DNA from: Spirochaetota bacterium
Lineage (GTDB): Bacteria > Spirochaetota > UBA4802 > UBA5550
Reading direction: 5' to 3'
Assembly: GCA_963664815.2 (NCBI GenBank)
Contig: CAXXHB010000003.1
Location: forward strand, 3,520,001-3,584,000
Length of the DNA: 64,000 bases
A model generated the notes under the pieces. The model searched no databases, was not told the origin of the DNA, and was given only the letters and a program-made list of their open reading frames with translations. The position numbers and the translations under genes were made by a program. Shown here in pieces: positions 46,620 to 57,058 of this stretch; position 1 is the first letter of the stretch, and every line of letters starts with the position of its first letter.

Positions 46620-48218
46620 ATGAAAAATGAACTTCTCAACGATATAGTAAACAATTTCTTTACATGCAACAGGGATGAGATAGTACAGATAATAACCGAA
46701 TTAATCAACACCCTTGCTGCGGAGGAAACAATATCCGCATCAGATCTCATGTCGAGAAATTATGATACGGCTCAGTCAAATCCTGAAATTCATTATATCC
46801 CGGGAAATCTTAAAGACGCGCGCGATGCGATATTCCCCTATTTCTGGGGTACTGACGGATGGTCTTCAAATCTTCACTTGGAAAATGTCAAAGGTCCGGC
46901 CAACTATGCGTCGCTGATAGGGTCAATAGCATGTCTCCTTAAAAATCCGAACCTCTGCGTTGATACATACAGCCAGCGTTCAAACGAGCTTGAACTGAAG
47001 GCGATAACAGCCCTTGCAAACCTTGTATTTTACCACACCGCCAACCCCTGGGGAATATTCACGATGGGGGGAACAATTTCCAATCTGTACGGAGGTAAAA
47101 TAGGTATAGAAAAAATTCATCCCGGCGCCATGAAGCATGGTCTTAACGGGATTAAGATGGCCGGAATAGTATCTGAAGCGGCCCATTATTCAAACATGAC
47201 TCTGGCCGGCTGGCTCGGACTCGGAACAGAAAATCTCCACTCTATCCCTACAGACAGCTCCTGCTCTATGGATCTTGATCTCCTCGGGGAAAAGATTGAG
47301 AACCTGTACAGTTCGAATATATCTATCCCTTTTGTGATAGCAACATTCGGAAGTACTGATGCATTCGGTATTGACGATATATCGGGAATAAGAAAAATCA
47401 TAGATGAAAAGAGCGCCAGATACAATATGCCGGTACCGCAGCTGCATGTTGATGCGGCGGCCGGATGGTCGCTCTGCCTGCTTAATGAATATAACATTGA
47501 ATCAAATGAATTCTGTCTAAGCCCCGAGGTTATCTCTGTCATTGAACGTTTAAGAAAATTATCCATGGGAATTCAGCATGCAGATTCAGTGACGCTGGAT
47601 TTCCATAAAATGGGATGGGGGCACTACCCCTCAAGCGCTTTTATAGTAAATAACAGGGATGACCTGAAATATCTCTTCAGGACAATGGACCAGATCCCGT
47701 ATTTTTCCGAGGCCGACTACAGGCATGACCCGGCACTATTCACTCTTGAAACGTCCCGGCCAGGAATAGGGCCATACTCTGTCATGGCCAGCCTTAACGG
47801 CATAGGACTGCAGGGATTTCAGACACTGGTCGCCCATTCCCTGGAGATGACATCTCTTCTCAGGGCAAGGCTTGCAGAGCTTGATTACTGTCGCGTACTG
47901 AATGACAGATGCCTTGGACCAAGCGTTGTATTCTGGGTACTGCCGAAAGGTAGAAATGCAGAGGAGATATATAACAGGCTTATTAATAATGAACTTACCG
48001 AAAAGGAATACTCCAGGTATTTTGCCGAGATTCACAGGTTGTTTGAAAAAAGAAAGAACTCTGCCAATCCGTCAATTGATGCAAACTTAAGCTTTACCAC
48101 ATCAATGGGATACAACCCGAAGGGGATTTCAATACCTGCATGGAAGGGTGTTTTCTTTAATCCGAAAACCGATGAAAATGTAGTAAGGCAGATTATCAGG
48201 AGCATCGAGGAACTGTAA
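46620..48218 (+). CDS. group II PLP-dependent decarboxylase
   Basis: GGT.SN, AHYS, G.T...ID, HVDAA, DS.T.DFHK. Confidence 0.88.
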   Translation: MKNELLNDIVNNFFTCNRDEIVQIITELINTLAAEETISASDLMSRNYDTAQSNPEIHYIPGNLKDARDAIFPYFWGTDGWSSNLHLENVKGPANYASLIGSIACLLKNPNLCVDTYSQRSNELELKAITALANLVFYHTANPWGIFTMGGTISNLYGGKIGIEKIHPGAMKHGLNGIKMAGIVSEAAHYSNMTLAGWLGLGTENLHSIPTDSSCSMDLDLLGEKIENLYSSNISIPFVIATFGSTDAFGIDDISGIRKIIDEKSARYNMPVPQLHVDAAAGWSLCLLNEYNIESNEFCLSPEVISVIERLRKLSMGIQHADSVTLDFHKMGWGHYPSSAFIVNNRDDLKYLFRTMDQIPYFSEADYRHDPALFTLETSRPGIGPYSVMASLNGIGLQGFQTLVAHSLEMTSLLRARLAELDYCRVLNDRCLGPSVVFWVLPKGRNAEEIYNRLINNELTEKEYSRYFAEIHRLFEKRKNSANPSIDANLSFTTSMGYNPKGISIPAWKGVFFNPKTDENVVRQIIRSIEEL

Positions 48219-49155
48219 CAGTTTTATCCCTGAACATCTTTATCTTTGCAATATCTGACGGCCCCGTTCTGCAGCACCCCCCTATCAATCTGGCGCCTTT
48301 GCCATACCACTCCCCGGCAAGTCTGTAGAAATCATTTGCATCATGGTCATCCTCCCAGCATGAACAGCCGGTGTGAAAATGTTCTCCCGAGTTCGGATAT
48401 ACGATAAAATTTTTTTTAAACTCAGGTTCAAGAGAATCAAGTATTGGTGTAATAAACTCCGGCGATGAACAATTAATTCCTGCAGCTGCAAGATTTTTTC
48501 TCCCCCGGAGCAGCCTCATACACTCCCTGAAATCATCCCCCTGGCTTGTGCTTACAGAATCCCTGACAGTAAATGCTATCCAGTACTGAATGCCGTTATA
48601 ATCATCCATAAGTTCAGCAACGGCAGCAGCCTCCTCCATCGAAGGGAATGTTTCGAAAGCTATAATCCCGGCCCCAGCCTCTGCAAGTATATCAACTCTT
48701 TCCCTGTGAAAATTTTTATAACCCTCAATATCAAGATGGTAATCCCCTCTGTACTCGGATCCGTCAGCAAGGTATGCACCGTAACATCCGGCAGATGCAG
48801 CCATGAAGGGATCAGGTCTGTTATTCATATCCGGGGACAATTCATGAAAAAGCTTTATTGTTTCATCGGCGATCTTTACCGACATGGCAATCAGTTCAAC
48901 GGCCTCTTTTCCGGAGTATCCGGCCGAGATAAAACCGGGAACTGTAGCCTGGTATGATGAAGAGATAATACAGTCAGCACCGGCAATCAGATACGACATA
49001 TGAACATCCCTGATTGCACCGGGAGCCTGTGCAATAATCTTTGCTGACCATAACCGGTCATTGAGGTTAAATCCTTTTTTTTCAAGCTCGGTAGCGAACC
49101 CACCGTCAATAATTATAAAAGGATAATCCTTTAATATTTTTTCAATTCTATTCAT
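48196..49155 (-). CDS. mmuM: homocysteine S-methyltransferase
   Basis: DGG.ATELE, LWSA, YGA.LADGSEY.G, FET, GINC, YPNSGE, IGGCCRT.P. Confidence 0.93.
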   Translation of the reverse strand: MNRIEKILKDYPFIIIDGGFATELEKKGFNLNDRLWSAKIIAQAPGAIRDVHMSYLIAGADCIISSSYQATVPGFISAGYSGKEAVELIAMSVKIADETIKLFHELSPDMNNRPDPFMAASAGCYGAYLADGSEYRGDYHLDIEGYKNFHRERVDILAEAGAGIIAFETFPSMEEAAAVAELMDDYNGIQYWIAFTVRDSVSTSQGDDFRECMRLLRGRKNLAAAGINCSSPEFITPILDSLEPEFKKNFIVYPNSGEHFHTGCSCWEDDHDANDFYRLAGEWYGKGARLIGGCCRTGPSDIAKIKMFRDKTVTVPRCS

Positions 49156-49675
49156 ATATCCTTTTCCCGTTTCCAGTCTGTAATTTCTAATCCGAAGCTA
49201 TACACCCCTCGGGACGAATTTAGGAAGATTTTAAACAACTCTTTTCCCGTATTTATTCTTCTGTAATCAATATATTATGACTAATCATATTATCAGATTT
49301 ATTTAATAAAAAAATATCTTAATTGAATAATTAATCACTGCTATGAAAAGAAAATTGCCCTGAAGTAAATTAATACTTCAGGACAGAGGAGAGTACAATG
49401 AAAAAGTTTAATACGTATTATGTACATGATAATGACTTTTGTTACAAACATTTTCAAATGCTTGAATATTTTTCAGTAATAAGATCTCTCCGCCTCATTC
49501 AGCTTCTATGAAAATAGAACATTTTCTATGAAAAAAAATTCAGGAATTACTATTGAATTAAATTTATGAATTGCATTACCGGAAGAAATGTATTAATATC
49601 TATATTCAGGTATCTGAACAGCTTGTTATATAAAAGACTGTGGGAAAAACTTATAAACATTATGAGGAAACAGAA

Positions 49676-49981
49676 ATGGAAGATATAATTTTTATAAAAG
49701 AAGAAGGAACAAAGAACATGGGTGACATAAAAGTTTATGCCCTGTCAACATGTGCATTCTGTAAAAAAGCCCTGAAATTTCTGAGAGAAAATTCAATCTC
49801 TTTCAGTTATGTGTATATTGATGAATTCGATTTTGATAAAAAAAGCAGAATCAAGAATGGACTCAGAGAAAAATATAAAAAAGATATAGGCTTCCCGTTT
49901 CTTGTACTTGACGGTGAAAAAATAATTATAGGGTTTACTGAGGCTGATTATATTAAAACCTTTATCGAGGGTCAGCAGTAA
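49676..49981 (+). CDS. glutaredoxin-like protein
   Basis: YALSTCAFCKK, GFP, IGF; start re-set to ATG 49676 (GAGGA). Confidence 0.85.
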   Translation: MEDIIFIKEEGTKNMGDIKVYALSTCAFCKKALKFLRENSISFSYVYIDEFDFDKKSRIKNGLREKYKKDIGFPFLVLDGEKIIIGFTEADYIKTFIEGQQ

Positions 49982-50313
49982 TGAAAACAAAATCATATGA
50001 CGATGTGTCTCTTTTTATCTCAATGGTAGCAGGCAGGAATAACTGGAGGCAGAACAGGGATAAGGAACATATAGAAATCATCACCGAAGGACTGATGAAA
50101 AACTACAACAGGTACGGTTACTTTTCATGCCCGTGCCGTGATGCAGACGGAGTGCGCGATAAAGACAAAGACATTATCTGTCCATGCAGTTACTGCATTC
50201 CGGACCAGGAGGAATACGGCCATTGCTACTGCGGGCTCTATCTTACAGAAGAATTTTTTAATACTGGCAGTGACCCGAAATCAATTCCGGAGAGAAGGAG
50301 AGAACTGCCATAG
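49981..50313 (+). CDS. ferredoxin:thioredoxin reductase catalytic-subunit-like protein
   Basis: CPCR, CPC, CYCGLY, IPERR. Confidence 0.9.
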   Translation: MKTKSYDDVSLFISMVAGRNNWRQNRDKEHIEIITEGLMKNYNRYGYFSCPCRDADGVRDKDKDIICPCSYCIPDQEEYGHCYCGLYLTEEFFNTGSDPKSIPERRRELP

Positions 50314-50319
50314 GACAAT

Positions 50320-50345
50320 CCTTCCCCATCTCATCATGGGGAAGG
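50320..50345. terminator. 10-bp-stem hairpin between convergent genes
   Basis: CCTTCCCCAT-N6-ATGGGGAAGG. Confidence 0.6.
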
Positions 50346-50375
50346 CGGCACACCGGCGCCTGATGGTGAGAATCT

Positions 50376-51719
50376 TCAATCCTGTTTATTACTTCTTGTC
50401 CATATTTTCATCTTCACGGCTTCTTTAATAAGATTATCCCTGAAGTCGGGATGGGCAATACCGATCATAGCCTCTGCTCTCTGCCATGTTGATTTCCCTT
50501 TCATCATTGCAATACCATATTCCGTGACTATATAATGTGAAATTGACCGTGGAACGGTTACAATTGAACCGGGCTGAAGCGTCGGGACAATCCTTGATTT
50601 AACAGTACCATCCTTCTCTTTATATGTTGATGTTACGGCAATTATCCCCTTTCCGCCGGTAGAGTTAAATGCACCGAAAATGAAATCAAGCTGCCCCCCC
50701 GTACCTGAAATCTGCCTGTAGCCTGATGATTCCGAACATACCTGGCTGAAGAGATCTACCTCAACCGCATTGTTAATTGCAGTAACTTTCGGATTAAGTG
50801 CGATTATCCTCGGGTCATTTACATAATTTACAGGGAACGATGCACATGTCGGATTTCTGTGCATGAAATCATAGAGCTTCTTTGTACCCATGGCAAAAGT
50901 ATAAGTCATCTTGAAATGATCTATTTTTTTCTTTCTCCCGGTTACCCTCCCGGAATCGTAAAGATCAACGCATGAATCGACCAGCATCTCCGTATGCAGG
51001 CCAAGATCTTTCAGGTCGCTCCCTGAAATCAGCTGACCGATAAGGTTCGGCAATCCCCCGATGCCAAGCTGAAGCGTAGCTCCGTCTTCAATCTCTTTCA
51101 TTATTATATCCGCAATAACTCTCTCAATATCAGTCGAAGATGCCGGTTTAACCTGCGCAAGCGGCGGATTTGATGTTTCAACAATATGATGAACATTCGA
51201 GATATGTATAGATTCAAAATTTCCCCCGAGGCAGTAAGGAACGTTCTCATTTACTTCCACAACAATCCGTTTTGCCTTGCTTAAACATGCACCGGTAATA
51301 GAGTTGGACATCCCGAAATTAAAATACCCGTTATCATCCATTGGCGCGGTTGTTACAAACACGACATCAGGGTTAAGGTACTTTCTTACAATCCTCGGAA
51401 CCTGGTGATAAGTAATAGGAATGTAATTACACTGGTTATTATCATGAAGCTTTCTTGAAATACCTCCGAAGTGATAATCATTTACTATGGCATGCTTTCC
51501 TTCAGGATCTTTCACTATAACCTCAGGAGATTTTGTATAACATGTACTTCTTATTTCAACATTCTCAAGCTCATGAATCCTGTCAGCAAGAGCACTGTCA
51601 AGAAGCTGGGGAAAAAGAACAAATTCTCCATAAAAAACCTGATTTCCCGATCTGACCAGTTTTGCAGCATCCACGGCTGAAATAAGCCTGGATCTGTATT
51701 CATCAGTAAAACGACCCAT
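50376..51719 (-). CDS. butyryl-CoA:acetate / 4-hydroxybutyrate CoA-transferase
   Basis: PMD..GYFNFG, DGATLQLGIGG, HTEM, SGTGGQLDF, VTEYG, IAHPDFR. Confidence 0.92.
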   Translation of the reverse strand: MGRFTDEYRSRLISAVDAAKLVRSGNQVFYGEFVLFPQLLDSALADRIHELENVEIRSTCYTKSPEVIVKDPEGKHAIVNDYHFGGISRKLHDNNQCNYIPITYHQVPRIVRKYLNPDVVFVTTAPMDDNGYFNFGMSNSITGACLSKAKRIVVEVNENVPYCLGGNFESIHISNVHHIVETSNPPLAQVKPASSTDIERVIADIIMKEIEDGATLQLGIGGLPNLIGQLISGSDLKDLGLHTEMLVDSCVDLYDSGRVTGRKKKIDHFKMTYTFAMGTKKLYDFMHRNPTCASFPVNYVNDPRIIALNPKVTAINNAVEVDLFSQVCSESSGYRQISGTGGQLDFIFGAFNSTGGKGIIAVTSTYKEKDGTVKSRIVPTLQPGSIVTVPRSISHYIVTEYGIAMMKGKSTWQRAEAMIGIAHPDFRDNLIKEAVKMKIWTRSNKQD

Positions 51720-51912
51720 TTAAACCACCTCTTACTTTATTTTCTGTATTTTTCAATCAGACAGTAATAATAATTACTGATAATAATCCCACATATAAAA
51801 TTTGTCAGAAGTTTTATTAACATCAAATTGTAGTCAAGAATAATAACAAAATCTTTGATTTATATCCGATACTACCTGTAGAATTTGAATAAAACCTTGT
51901 AAAGAGGTGAGC

Positions 51913-53754
51913 TTAATTATCCTGGAATGAAATTTCGACAGAGACACCTTTATAACCGGAAAAAGCTATCTCCCCCCGCAGCTGTTTAACAAGCGCATCT
52001 ATTAACTGAAAACCAAGATTCCCCTCCGCGGGATAACCCACTCCGGGGGGTAAACCTGATCCATTATCAGAAATTTTCATGATAAATCTGTTTTCCACTG
52101 CACCATCCGGGGAAAGGGAAATATTCACAAGGCCGCTGTTCCCTGGAATAAAGGCATGTTTAAATATATTAGAGAGTATCTCATTTACAAGCTGAGCAAG
52201 AGGAATAGCAATATTCAGACCGAAATGCAGATCAAGCGCATCTATTGCCACTATGATTTTTGTTTTATCAACACGGTATGATGTCATAAGCATCGGAACA
52301 AGGCTTCTTATATATGCATTGATATTGATTGATGTAAAATTATCACTGCTGTATAATTTTTCATGAACCAGAGCCATAGTTCGGACCCTGTTCTGGCACT
52401 CGTTAAGAATATCCCTAAGTTTATCATCACTCTGGCGGGAAGCCTGCAGGCTTATCAGGCTGATTATAACCTGCATATTGTTTTTTACCCTGTGATGAAC
52501 TTCTTTCAGCAGGAGTTCCTTTTCATGAATAATATTCTTCAGATTGGACTCATAGGTAATCCTGTTCAGAGCTATCTCAATGCTCTCTACTATCCCCTGG
52601 CAGAATTCAATCAGTTCCTTATTAAAAAAATTTTCTCTTTTATCAAGAAGCATGCAATATCCTGCTACTTCATCCTCATTTTTAAGCGGGATTACGGCGC
52701 ATGAAAGAAAATTTTCAACAACGGGGGAATCCTCAAAATTTTCCACTGATACCCTGCAGTATTCTGCAAGATTGTTTGTCCAGAAAAGTGAATCTCCTGC
52801 AAGTTTCCGGCAGAATGGTTCATCAAAGCCCATGATAACAGCATTTTTCACTTCAGGTGAATATGTTTCCGGAAAATAATTGTTTTTACCGGTTAAACTA
52901 CTCAGAAGGCTCTTCGATCCGAACTTATAATACTGACCTCCGGTGTTAAGGTTTATAACAAGGGCATCCAGTCCGGTTTTACTTCTTATAAGTGTAAGAA
53001 TATCGTTTATCAGATCCGAATCTGTCTTTTTGCGATTTATCAATTCAAGCACTTCAATTGAAATTCTCTGACGTTCAGAGGCCTTTTTCTGCATGTTATC
53101 ATGTTTTTTCTGCTCACTTATGTCCCTGAAACTCAGAATCAGGTTATTTATTCCCGATTCAGTCTTCAGCGGGTAGAAGTTAATTAAATAATAGTTACCT
53201 TCACCTTTTTCACCCTGGAGATAAACTCCCATAAACACGCTCTCGCCGCAGAAGCTTCTCAGCGCATTTTCCTGAAACTCCTTCATTTTAATATCGTTAT
53301 TAAGAAGCAGGTGTATATTACCGACATCCCGCCTGAAAATTCTTTTAAAAGAATCATTAGTGAGAATTATATCAAATGACTTATCAATAATTACTACTGC
53401 TTCCTGTATTGAATAAAGTATATCTCTGTATATTTTCAGCTGAATATCGCCTGACTGCATCCTCCTGAGATACGATACGGTTAATCCAACAGTAAAAAAA
53501 AAGACAGAACGTATAATGTCATGAAATATAAGAAAAGATTTTCCGGAGAAATAATCTGCAGCCAGCAGCAAAACCACAAGGGACATGATAACCGGAATGA
53601 CACGATATTGCCACCAGAAGGCAACCAGTATTATGGGGATATAAAAGAAATGTGTAAAAAAATTATCATAACTGACTGTAAATCTGAAATAGTAAATCAG
53701 GAAACCTGAAAATAATAATATAACACATGTTATTAAATGTTTTAATTTAATCAT
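51913..53754 (-). CDS. membrane sensor histidine kinase (PAS/GAF, HisKA_2)
   Basis: N-terminal TMs; EVHHRVKNN, E..SN..KHAF, DNG.G. Confidence 0.9.
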   Translation of the reverse strand: MIKLKHLITCVILLFSGFLIYYFRFTVSYDNFFTHFFYIPIILVAFWWQYRVIPVIMSLVVLLLAADYFSGKSFLIFHDIIRSVFFFTVGLTVSYLRRMQSGDIQLKIYRDILYSIQEAVVIIDKSFDIILTNDSFKRIFRRDVGNIHLLLNNDIKMKEFQENALRSFCGESVFMGVYLQGEKGEGNYYLINFYPLKTESGINNLILSFRDISEQKKHDNMQKKASERQRISIEVLELINRKKTDSDLINDILTLIRSKTGLDALVINLNTGGQYYKFGSKSLLSSLTGKNNYFPETYSPEVKNAVIMGFDEPFCRKLAGDSLFWTNNLAEYCRVSVENFEDSPVVENFLSCAVIPLKNEDEVAGYCMLLDKRENFFNKELIEFCQGIVESIEIALNRITYESNLKNIIHEKELLLKEVHHRVKNNMQVIISLISLQASRQSDDKLRDILNECQNRVRTMALVHEKLYSSDNFTSININAYIRSLVPMLMTSYRVDKTKIIVAIDALDLHFGLNIAIPLAQLVNEILSNIFKHAFIPGNSGLVNISLSPDGAVENRFIMKISDNGSGLPPGVGYPAEGNLGFQLIDALVKQLRGEIAFSGYKGVSVEISFQDN

Positions 53755-53850
53755 ATTACACGCCTATCAAGAAGCGTAACATGAAATAATCATAATGTCA
53801 ATATAATTCCTTTATAATTCCTTTATATTTACTCTATATTCTTAATAATA

Positions 53851-54111
53851 TTAAAACCAGACGGCAACATTTGTCTTACTTTCTATCAGTTCCATGGTTT
53901 CTTTGGGTATTCCCCTGAAAATAATTTTCTTGTTATCAAGCATTGCAAATCTCTGTGCAATGCAGATAGTTTTTATAAGACCGGGCTCAAATGTTTCAAG
54001 CCTTGTGAAATCAAAAACAAGCTGCCCGTCATTGCATCCGATACTCCTTACCCTTCTGAAAAATTCAAAACTGTTTTCAAATTCCACACTTTCAATAAAA
54101 TCACAACTCAT
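53851..54111 (-). CDS. STAS-like small protein
   Basis: LVFDF..L..F...I pattern; GGGGG RBS. Confidence 0.5.
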   Translation of the reverse strand: MSCDFIESVEFENSFEFFRRVRSIGCNDGQLVFDFTRLETFEPGLIKTICIAQRFAMLDNKKIIFRGIPKETMELIESKTNVAVWF

Positions 54112-54144
54112 AAAATCCCCCCCCTCTTTTTTATGGATTATGCG

Positions 54145-54504
54145 CTAATGAAACTTTTTATAGTCTATAATTGTATTTGCCAGTTCCTCAAAATCATTCG
54201 ATTTATCGAAAAAGTAATCAGCTCCATACTCTCTGCATTTATCTATATAGTAATTATCAAAATAATTACTCAGCATCGCAACAGGTATACACGGGCTGAG
54301 TTTCTTCATTTTTTTAAGAACATCAACTCCGCTTCTTTTATTCAGTTTAATATCAAGAATAACAAAATCGGGATTTAATCCGCCTATAAGACTCCAGTCT
54401 TCATCGCCTGTTATGCCGAGTACACTCACACCATCGTAAGATGAAAGCATCGAAAGAATCCGTCCGCGAATTAAAGAAGAATCATCAACAACAAGAACTC
54501 TCAT
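54145..54504 (-). CDS. stand-alone receiver-domain response regulator
   Basis: VLVVDD, ILDI, SG.DVL, GA..FFDK; start re-set to ATG 54504. Confidence 0.88.
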   Translation of the reverse strand: MRVLVVDDSSLIRGRILSMLSSYDGVSVLGITGDEDWSLIGGLNPDFVILDIKLNKRSGVDVLKKMKKLSPCIPVAMLSNYFDNYYIDKCREYGADYFFDKSNDFEELANTIIDYKKFH

Positions 54505-54631
54505 ATTTTTTCCTGTCAAAGCATGATGAATATTTAACACAGAAGGGAAAATAACACAATCAGACAAAAACTAATTATTACCGGGTTTTTTGCTATTTTA
54601 AAGGTAAGACAAACGCAGGGCTTAGATCTCT

Positions 54632-54665
54632 TTTTGTCCTACATTTTGTAGGACAAAATACTACA
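54632..54665. promoter_or_regulatory. palindromic operator TTTTGTCCTACA-TTT-TGTAGGACAAAA plus extra CTACA half-site
   Basis: 12-bp arms between the NarL-type regulator and the downstream receiver gene. Confidence 0.6.
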
Positions 54666-54723
54666 GGATAAAAAATGAGATATTGATATTTTTCAGTATT
54701 AAAATTACTCAGAATAAAAATTA

Positions 54724-55359
54724 TTACATTTCCAGAAGATTGTTTTTTATGACATAATGCGTGAGTTCGGAATTATTCTTCAGATTCATCTTTTCCAGAA
54801 TTCTCTGCCTGTATGTACTGATTGTTTTAACACTCAGGAAAAGTTCAGAACCTATTTCAGTCACTGTTTTACCGGATGCGATCATGCACATAACCTGAAA
54901 TTCGCGGTCTGTCAGCTTTTCATGCGGCAGTTCCAGTCCGCCTCCGGCTATGCTGTCGGCAAGGGTTTCAGCAAGAGTAGGGCTGATATACTTTCCGCCG
55001 GAAACCACTCTTCTTACTGCAGTGATAAGATTTTCACCTGCTGTCTCTTTAGTGATGTATCCCGATGCGCCGGCCTTTATTGTACGGACAGCGTACTGGT
55101 CTTCGGCATGCATACTGAGTACAATTATCGGAAGATCTGGTTTAATAATCTTTATATGCTTTATCGCGTCTATACCGCTTATACCTGACATTTTAAGATC
55201 AAGGAGTACAACATCATAATCATTTTTTTTAACAAGCTCTATAAGGTTTTCACCGTTATTCGATTCCCCGGTAACCTCCATGTCATCATCATCGGATATT
55301 ATCTGTTTTAAACCGGCCCTTACAATTTCATGATCATCTGCTATTACAATTCTTATCAT
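54724..55359 (-). CDS. NarL/LuxR-family response regulator
   Basis: IADDH, LLD, GA.GY.TK, LT.RE..V...A.G, LS.KT.STY. Confidence 0.95.
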   Translation of the reverse strand: MIRIVIADDHEIVRAGLKQIISDDDDMEVTGESNNGENLIELVKKNDYDVVLLDLKMSGISGIDAIKHIKIIKPDLPIIVLSMHAEDQYAVRTIKAGASGYITKETAGENLITAVRRVVSGGKYISPTLAETLADSIAGGGLELPHEKLTDREFQVMCMIASGKTVTEIGSELFLSVKTISTYRQRILEKMNLKNNSELTHYVIKNNLLEM

Positions 55360-55377
55360 TAACTTATTCTCTCCAAT

Positions 55378-56799
55378 CTAAAGGGGAATCACCACATGCA
55401 CGGATACACCATTTTCAGCCCCGGAAATATTAAGTGAGCCGTTAAAAGATTTAACCCTCTCCTTCATCCCGATTATTCCATATGACCCCTTGTTCACCAG
55501 ATTTTCGCTGCTGAAACCGCGGCCATTATCCGTTATTACCATTTCAACATTGTCCGCACTTTTACCAAGAGAAATATCGACTTTCTCAGCATTTGAATGT
55601 TTGATAATATTTGTTAGAGACTCCTGGAAAATTCTGAAAAGGGCAACGGCTTTCTCTTCTGAAAGGCCGGGAATATCATCACAGTTTAAACTGCACATAA
55701 TCCCTGTCCTTTTTCTGAACTCCTCGCTTTGCCACTCAATAGCAGCAGCCAGTCCCAGATCGTCAAGAATTCCCGGGCGGAGACTTGCGGAAAGCCTCCT
55801 GACTGTTACGATAACATCATTTATAAGCCCGTCCATTACTGCCGCTTTATCAAGGAGTTCCCGGTCTTCAGGATTAATTTTTTTTCTCATCCAGGACAGA
55901 TCCAGTTTAAGCGCGGTAAGTGACTGACCGAGTACATCATGGATCTCTCTGGCAATATTGGTCCTTTCCTTTTCCCTCAGCGACTCGATGTGAGATGTAA
56001 GGTTACGCAGATCCTGCCTTGATTTTAAAATTTCTTCGAAATACAGTTTATACTGAGTGATGTCCCGTATAATACCCTGGAATCCACCCCCCTGTACGCC
56101 GCCGTATTCATATTTCTTCAGAGTGATCTGTACGTCCATTACTTTCCCCGACCTGGACTTCATCCTGCATTCAAAATCACTCACCGCTCCCTGCTCTGCC
56201 GCAAGATAGATAAATGCGTCGTACTCACTCTGGTCATAAAAAAATTCAGATGCACTATGCCCCAGAAGACAATCACTCTGGTATTCAAAAAGATCAATCA
56301 TAGCCTGGTTGACATCGATAATAACCTCAGCTTCATCGGCAATAAATATCGGATCAAGAGACTGTTCAAAAAGGGTTCTGTACTTAATTTCACTTTTTTT
56401 CAGTTCTTTATCAATGCTGAACCTGTGAAGGGCAATTTCAATTGAGGTGTAAAGATCTCTCTCCTCTATAGGCTTAACTATATAGCCATAAGGACCGGTA
56501 AGATTCGCTCTCAACAGTGATTTATCATCGGAATGCGCAGTAAGATAGATAATCGGAACATCAAAATCCTGATGAATCACCTCGGCGGCTGAAATACCGT
56601 CCACATTTCCCGAAAGCATTATATCCATCAGAACAAGATCCGGTTTCTCCTGTTCAAAATGTTTAAAGCATTCCTCAGCCGTACCGGCAATACCGGTTAC
56701 TCCATATCCAAGATTTTCCAGTGTCAGCTTGAGATCCATTGCTATAATCAGCTGATCTTCAACGATAAGAATCTTCTTTTTATCATTCTTAAATTTCAT
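55378..56799 (-). CDS. hybrid REC-PAS-histidine kinase (HisKA_3)
   Basis: REC ILIVED..LMDI; ER..IAREIHD, QE.LTN..KH, DNG.GF, GM.ER. Confidence 0.92.
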   Translation of the reverse strand: MKFKNDKKKILIVEDQLIIAMDLKLTLENLGYGVTGIAGTAEECFKHFEQEKPDLVLMDIMLSGNVDGISAAEVIHQDFDVPIIYLTAHSDDKSLLRANLTGPYGYIVKPIEERDLYTSIEIALHRFSIDKELKKSEIKYRTLFEQSLDPIFIADEAEVIIDVNQAMIDLFEYQSDCLLGHSASEFFYDQSEYDAFIYLAAEQGAVSDFECRMKSRSGKVMDVQITLKKYEYGGVQGGGFQGIIRDITQYKLYFEEILKSRQDLRNLTSHIESLREKERTNIAREIHDVLGQSLTALKLDLSWMRKKINPEDRELLDKAAVMDGLINDVIVTVRRLSASLRPGILDDLGLAAAIEWQSEEFRKRTGIMCSLNCDDIPGLSEEKAVALFRIFQESLTNIIKHSNAEKVDISLGKSADNVEMVITDNGRGFSSENLVNKGSYGIIGMKERVKSFNGSLNISGAENGVSVHVVIPL

Positions 56800-57058
56800 T
56801 AAAATCTTCCCGATCACTGATAAATATCTGCACAACAGCATCCCTTCAACTTAGGCAGAAACATGATATATTTCCACCCGGATGTCATCAGGTTTTTCAT
56901 TAAAAGAAATTAAAGGCGTTTTTCTTTTCTTATTCTTATAAGCCGGATAAGGCAGGCTTATACAGGGAAAACTAAATACTCATAGTGTTATGAGTATATG
57001 CTTTTTAAATGCCTATTTTATTTTGACATATTATTGCTGTATTGTCAAGGTATTATTT

